DNA of 63,819 bases, filler included, from an uncultured Methanoregulaceae archaeon (GTDB lineage Archaea; Halobacteriota; Methanomicrobia; Methanomicrobiales; Methanospirillaceae): NCBI GenBank assembly GCA_964530035.1. It is 3 parts of 3 records of this genome, joined end to end, with 100 filler letters (N's around TTAATTAATTAA, not from the genome) between each part and the next. Parts side by side here need not be neighbours in the genome. Positions count along the whole stretch, not along the records: positions 46,675 to 63,819 come from CAZGXZ010000035.1; 2 more parts are not named here. One strand, written 5' to 3'. This document shows, piece by piece, positions 59,280 through 63,819 of this stretch. The notes below the pieces were generated by a model. That model had not been told where the DNA came from. It made no database searches and saw only the letters and a program-made list of their open reading frames with translations. Made by a program: the position numbers and the translations under genes. Position 1 is the first letter of the stretch, and each line of letters starts with the position of its first letter.

Positions 59280-60519
59280 ATCTCTTTTCACCGTCCTTCA
59301 TACCAAGCGCATCGCGGACAACACGTATAGCACAGAGGTCCCCGCACATCGAACAGGTCTCCATATCCCCGTCCCGTTCGTGGATACCCCTGGCCACATC
59401 AGGAAAAAGTGCCACTTCCCACTGGCCTTTCCAGTCAAGCCTTCTCCTGGCCTCAGCCATGCGCACCTCCCTGGGGTCACGGTATCCCTCGTCCTGACGG
59501 ACAAGGTCCCCGATATGGGCCGCAATCTTTGAGACCCTGGTCCCTTCGATGATCTCCTGAACACCTGGCAGGGCGAGGTGTTCGCTCGGGGAGACCATGC
59601 AGAGGAAATCGGCGCCATGCATACAGGCCACAGCCCCTCCGACCGCTCCCACGACATGGTCATACCCCGGGGCGATGTCGGTGACGAGGGGACCGAGCAG
59701 GTACAGAGGTGCGTTGTCGGTGAGTTCCTTGATCATTTTCACGTTATGCTCGATATGGTCGAGGGGGAGGTGCCCGGGGCCTTCGATCATCCGCTGAACA
59801 CCGGCTTCCTGTGCTCTTCGGGCCAGTTCACCAAGCGTAAGATATTCAACCGATTTCGCCTGCCGGGCCGAGTCCTGGAGACACCCCGGGCGCATCCCGT
59901 CACCAAGGCTGGCTACGACACCATACTCGGCCAGGATCTCGAGGAGATAATCGAACTCGGCATAGAGGGGATTTTCAACACCCTGTTCCACCATCATCGC
60001 GACGTGAAACGCACCTCCACGGCTTACCACACCGAGCATACGCGGGTCTCTCCGGAGCGACTCGAGGGCCCGGGACGTAACACCGCAGTGAAGGGTCAGG
60101 AAATCGACTCCTTCGCGGCAATGGTCCCGGATTACCGAGAAGAGCGTATCATAGATCGGCACCGTACCGACCGGGGCATCCAGCCCGAGTATGAGGCGCC
60201 TGATCTCCTTCAGGTCACCCCCGGTCGACAGGTCCATAAGGGCATCGGCGCCGTTGGAAAGGGCAGCCCTGGCTTTCTCAAGCTCGGTCCCGGGGTTGCA
60301 TACGGGTGAGGAGGTCCCGATGTTGACATTGACCTTCACTCTGCATCCCTCCCCGATTGCGCAGAGCCGGTGGGGGCGCCTGGGGTTGGAGGGTAGGACT
60401 ATCCTGCCCCGGGCTACTGCCCGTGCCGCATGGCGTGGAAGCAGGCCCTCCTCGCGTGCGAATGCCTCGACCTCTGGTGGCGGGGCACCTTTTGCACACT
60501 CGTAAATCAGGCGATACAT
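59260..60519 (-). CDS. thiC: ThiC-family radical SAM enzyme (HMP-P synthase or Bza paralog)
   Basis: [66 protein letters not shown]. Confidence 0.85.
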   Translation of the reverse strand: MYRLIYECAKGAPPPEVEAFAREEGLLPRHAARAVARGRIVLPSNPRRPHRLCAIGEGCRVKVNVNIGTSSPVCNPGTELEKARAALSNGADALMDLSTGGDLKEIRRLILGLDAPVGTVPIYDTLFSVIRDHCREGVDFLTLHCGVTSRALESLRRDPRMLGVVSRGGAFHVAMMVEQGVENPLYAEFDYLLEILAEYGVVASLGDGMRPGCLQDSARQAKSVEYLTLGELARRAQEAGVQRMIEGPGHLPLDHIEHNVKMIKELTDNAPLYLLGPLVTDIAPGYDHVVGAVGGAVACMHGADFLCMVSPSEHLALPGVQEIIEGTRVSKIAAHIGDLVRQDEGYRDPREVRMAEARRRLDWKGQWEVALFPDVARGIHERDGDMETCSMCGDLCAIRVVRDALGMKDGEKRSKPSGS

Positions 60520-60554
60520 AACAGAGATGTAGACTGGATTCCTTAATATTCTGC

Positions 60555-61157
60555 ATGAAGGTGCTATGGATCCCAGGACAGGGCATGTTCGCCAATGCAT
60601 ACGTATGTGGCTGTGTCCTTGTCGATGCAGGTGTGCCGCCCAGGATTCTCGAACCCTATCTTGACCGGATTACCCGTATCGTCCTGACCCACGGGCACTT
60701 CGACCATATCGCGCATTTGGGAGAGTTAGCCCGTTTATCAGGCGCACGGATATGCATCCACGGAGCAGATGCCCATGCCCTCCTGGATGACCGCTTCAGC
60801 CTGGCTTCACACTTTGGCGCACACCCGCCGGGAATTCATCCGGATATTATTCTGAATGATGGGGATTCTGTGGCAGGATTCACGGTTCTTCACACACCCG
60901 GGCATACCCCGGGCAGCATCTGCCTTTACGACAGGGAATCCGGGATCCTTATCTCGGGCGATACCGTTTTTACTGACGGAGCCTTCGGAAGGTTTGACTT
61001 CCCCGGAGGAAGTGCCAGGGATCTCCGGCTGTCCCTCGAAAGGCTGGAAACCCTGGAGGTGACCGGCCTCTACCCGGGACATGGCGAGCCCAGGGAGGTG
61101 GGGGGCGCAGGGGATATCCAGGCTGCAGGATCCCTTATGAGGGAGCTGTACTGTTGA
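60555..61157 (+). CDS. Metallo-beta-lactamase fold hydrolase
   Basis: THGHFDH, TPGHTPG, SGD, YPGHG. Confidence 0.93.
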   Translation: MKVLWIPGQGMFANAYVCGCVLVDAGVPPRILEPYLDRITRIVLTHGHFDHIAHLGELARLSGARICIHGADAHALLDDRFSLASHFGAHPPGIHPDIILNDGDSVAGFTVLHTPGHTPGSICLYDRESGILISGDTVFTDGAFGRFDFPGGSARDLRLSLERLETLEVTGLYPGHGEPREVGGAGDIQAAGSLMRELYC

Positions 61158-61601
61158 ATGGAACCAGGAACGTACTGTCTGATCATCCGGAACCCGCTCC
61201 TCGAGATGCCGGTGGGAGCGCTCGGAGACTGCGTCTTTCCTGCCGGCTGGCATGTCTATGTAGGCTCGGCGCTCGGTCCGGGAGGACTCATCCGGGCCGA
61301 ACGCCACATCAGGCTGTACAACCTGAAGAACCGTCCTCCCAGGTGGCACATCGATTATCTCCTCCTCCATCCCCTCTGCAGGCTTGAAGCTGTTGCCCGG
61401 ATCCCTTCACGCACCCGGGCAGAGTGCATGCTGGCAGGCCGGATACCCGGAAAACCGGTCCCTGGTTTTGGTTCTTCCGATTGTGACTGCATGTCGCATC
61501 TCTTCTCATTCCCTGTCTTTCCTGTCGATGCAGTTCAGAATGCATGCGACCACCTCTGCCACAGGGTCTTCATCACAATGCTTGATTACCGTGGGGGATG
61601 A
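61158..61601 (+). CDS. GIY-YIG (Uri superfamily, DUF123-like) nuclease
   Basis: GTYCL...YVGSA.GPGG...R...WHIDYL...EC...GFGSSDC.C.SHL. Confidence 0.88.
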   Translation: MEPGTYCLIIRNPLLEMPVGALGDCVFPAGWHVYVGSALGPGGLIRAERHIRLYNLKNRPPRWHIDYLLLHPLCRLEAVARIPSRTRAECMLAGRIPGKPVPGFGSSDCDCMSHLFSFPVFPVDAVQNACDHLCHRVFITMLDYRGG

Positions 61602-61611
61602 GGATAGATCC

Positions 61612-62175
61612 ATGCATGTCCTTGGCATCTCCGGCAGCATGAGGCCTGAAGGCAACACAGCGCTGCTGGTACAGAAAATCCTTGAAGGAATAGACCATCA
61701 CAAGATGGAGGAGATCTCCACCGAGTTCATAAGCCTGGCAGGCAAGCAGATCCTGCCCTGCAGAGGATGCGAAAAATGCAAAAAAAAGAAATGGTGCATC
61801 TTCGAGGAGGATGACTGGAGTGATATCGCACACAGGATACTTGAATGCGACGTCCTGGTACTCGGTTCACCTGCCTATTACTTTGACGTCTGTGGCCAGC
61901 TGAAGAATTTCATTGACAGGACCTATTCACTCTACCATGACCGGAAGCTTGCAGGGAGAGGCGGTGTTGCCGTCGCGGTCTGCGCGGACAGGGGGGGGGA
62001 GCGGACCCTTGAAACCCTCGAGGGATTCCTCTCCACGCATGAGTTCAACTCGATGGGATATGTCCTCGGAAAGGGATACCACCCCGGAGATGTCCTGAAG
62101 GACAAGGGGGCCATTGAAAAGGCCAGGGAAACGTCCGAAAGAATTGTAAGGCTCTATAAAAAGAAAAGTCACTGA
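61612..62175 (+). CDS. Iron-sulfur flavoprotein / flavodoxin family
   Basis: GISGSMR..GNT, CRGCEKC....C, GSPAYY...LKNFIDR. Confidence 0.92.
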   Translation: MHVLGISGSMRPEGNTALLVQKILEGIDHHKMEEISTEFISLAGKQILPCRGCEKCKKKKWCIFEEDDWSDIAHRILECDVLVLGSPAYYFDVCGQLKNFIDRTYSLYHDRKLAGRGGVAVAVCADRGGERTLETLEGFLSTHEFNSMGYVLGKGYHPGDVLKDKGAIEKARETSERIVRLYKKKSH

Positions 62176-63296
62176 AGCGGAGCGTTCCTTCCGGGACGAA
62201 CTGGTGCATAAAGGGTCGTCCTTTCGGCGAAGTCCCTGCCAAGGTCAAGGGCCATGCGCTCCATTTCAACGGGATCGAGAAAATCGGTTCCGGTGGCTCC
62301 TGCACCCTTTGAGATGCTCTCTTCGTACATCGTGCCCCCGAGGTCATTTCCCCCCGATGCCAGGAGCACCTGTGCCATCTTCGTTCCTTCCTTGACCCAG
62401 GACACCTGGATATTCCTGAAATTATCTAAAAACAGCCTCGATACGGCTATCATGAGGATATCCTCCCGCCCGGTCGCACCCGCACGGGCTCTCCCTTCAA
62501 GGAAGAGCCGGGTTGCCGGGTGGACGAATGATAGCGGGACGAACTCGGTGAAACCACCCGTACCGTCCTGGATGTCCCTGATGATCCCAAGGTGTACCGC
62601 CCTGTCCTGGTCCGACTCGCAGTGCCCGTACATGATGGTCGCGGTCGTTGGGATGCCAAGAGCATGGGCCTCCCTGATGATCCTGATCCATTCCGCCGTG
62701 GATATCTTCTGGGGACAAATCTGCTCCCTGACCCGGTCGACGAGGATTTCAGCCGCCGTTCCGCAAAGGGACCCGAGACCGGCATCTTTCATGGCGGATA
62801 GCACGGCCCTGGTCGTACAACCGCTCTTGCGGGCTGCGTAGGAAACCTCCATCGGGTTGGAGGCATGGATATGAATACCAGGCGCCTCCTCCCTGATGAG
62901 CTGTATTATGGCAAGGTAGCTGTCGGCATTGAAATCAGGATGAAGCCCACTCACCGTGCAGATTTCAGAAACCCTCCTGGCCTTCGCCTGCCGCACTTTT
63001 TCCCTGATGACCGCTTCAGGGAAAAGGAAACTATCGGGACTCCCAGGTTTCCTCGAAAAACCACAAAATCCACAAGAATTGACACAGATGTTCGTCACGT
63101 TGATGTTCTGGTTCCGTACATAAGTGACGGTACCGCCGGCCCGGTCCTCCCTTGTCCGGTCTGCCGCGCTGGCAATCGCGAGCACGTCCCGTCCCTTTGC
63201 CTGGAACAGCACCACGGCATCCTCCGGGCTGATCCGTTCACCTTTAAGGGACTGTCTCAGAATCGTGCGAATTTCAGGCGTCGTGTCAGAGATCAT
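62169..63296 (-). CDS. cofH: FO synthase subunit 2 (radical SAM)
   Basis: NINVTNICVNSCGFCGF, GTAAEIL, TATIMYGH, FTEFVPL, NIQVSWVKEG, NDLGGT..EESIS..AGA. Confidence 0.93.
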   Translation of the reverse strand: MISDTTPEIRTILRQSLKGERISPEDAVVLFQAKGRDVLAIASAADRTREDRAGGTVTYVRNQNINVTNICVNSCGFCGFSRKPGSPDSFLFPEAVIREKVRQAKARRVSEICTVSGLHPDFNADSYLAIIQLIREEAPGIHIHASNPMEVSYAARKSGCTTRAVLSAMKDAGLGSLCGTAAEILVDRVREQICPQKISTAEWIRIIREAHALGIPTTATIMYGHCESDQDRAVHLGIIRDIQDGTGGFTEFVPLSFVHPATRLFLEGRARAGATGREDILMIAVSRLFLDNFRNIQVSWVKEGTKMAQVLLASGGNDLGGTMYEESISKGAGATGTDFLDPVEMERMALDLGRDFAERTTLYAPVRPGRNAPLQ

Positions 63297-63432
63297 GGCA
63301 GACTATGCTAAGCAGTAGCAAGGTGAGCGGATCCTATAAGGCTGCCGGCCTGCCCGGGGTCAGGGAATCAGGTCAGCATGGCTCACCCATGATTGATCAG
63401 GTCGGACGTCAAAACAGGTCTGCAGGAGCAGC

Positions 63433-63735
63433 ATGATACAGCAGAAAGTCTCCCTGAAACATTCGGAAGGGGTCGGGTATGTTATCCCGGCAGGACCGGT
63501 CAACATCGTCCACGTGGTCGCGGCACACGGCATGGTGGGGTGCGGGGCCTTCGACGTCATGGCCCTCGACAGGTTTGGATACCCTGCCGCCCGGGTCCGG
63601 CCTTCAACCGGCACCTCGGTTTCCTCGGTCGGGGACCTCCTTGATGGCATCATCCGGGAGGCGAACGTGGAAGCACAAAAACGAGGCGTGACCGTAGGGA
63701 TGACAGGGAAAGAGGCTCTTGACCTCCTGTCCTGA
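63433..63735 (+). CDS. YunC/DUF1805 family protein
   Basis: G.VGCGAFDV.AL....PAA.V...DLL...A...GV..GMTGKEAL. Confidence 0.85.
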   Translation: MIQQKVSLKHSEGVGYVIPAGPVNIVHVVAAHGMVGCGAFDVMALDRFGYPAARVRPSTGTSVSSVGDLLDGIIREANVEAQKRGVTVGMTGKEALDLLS

Positions 63736-63819
63736 GAGATACCCCCGATAGCCAATTCTTTTCTCCAGGTCACAGCCTCATCAGACAAGGTTGTAAAGGG
63801 TATCTCTCTGCCTGAGGAC

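Overview
Archaeal genomic DNA, most likely from a hydrogenotrophic methanogen of the order Methanomicrobiales. This is inferred from the archaeal histone, EF-1alpha, cofH, archaeal ribC/ribH, guaAA, the HPS-RraA fusion and a Methanomicrobiales-type solo Cas1. The window is not one continuous sequence: two artificial N44-TTAATTAATTAA-N44 linkers (23314-23413 and 46575-46674) join three contigs, so adjacency across them is unproven. Most genes are housekeeping, cofactor-biosynthesis, transport or cell-surface genes. The main points of interest are: (1) a modular, transposase-free dispersed repeat family with IS5/IS903-like ends (GGCTYTGTTG) and a conserved GC-rich structured core containing a C(UUCG)G tetraloop, at about 13.5-14.1 kb, 31.7-32.4 kb and 46.5 kb; (2) a stand-alone Cas1 with substituted catalytic residues and no array or other cas genes; (3) a minimal catalytic-domain-only tyrosine recombinase; (4) a 2H-phosphoesterase fused to a degenerate metallophosphoesterase; (5) a ThiC-family gene with an apparent in-frame deletion; and several unusual domain fusions. 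No CRISPR array, tRNA or rRNA gene was recognised. All calls come from reading motifs by eye; no database searches were run.
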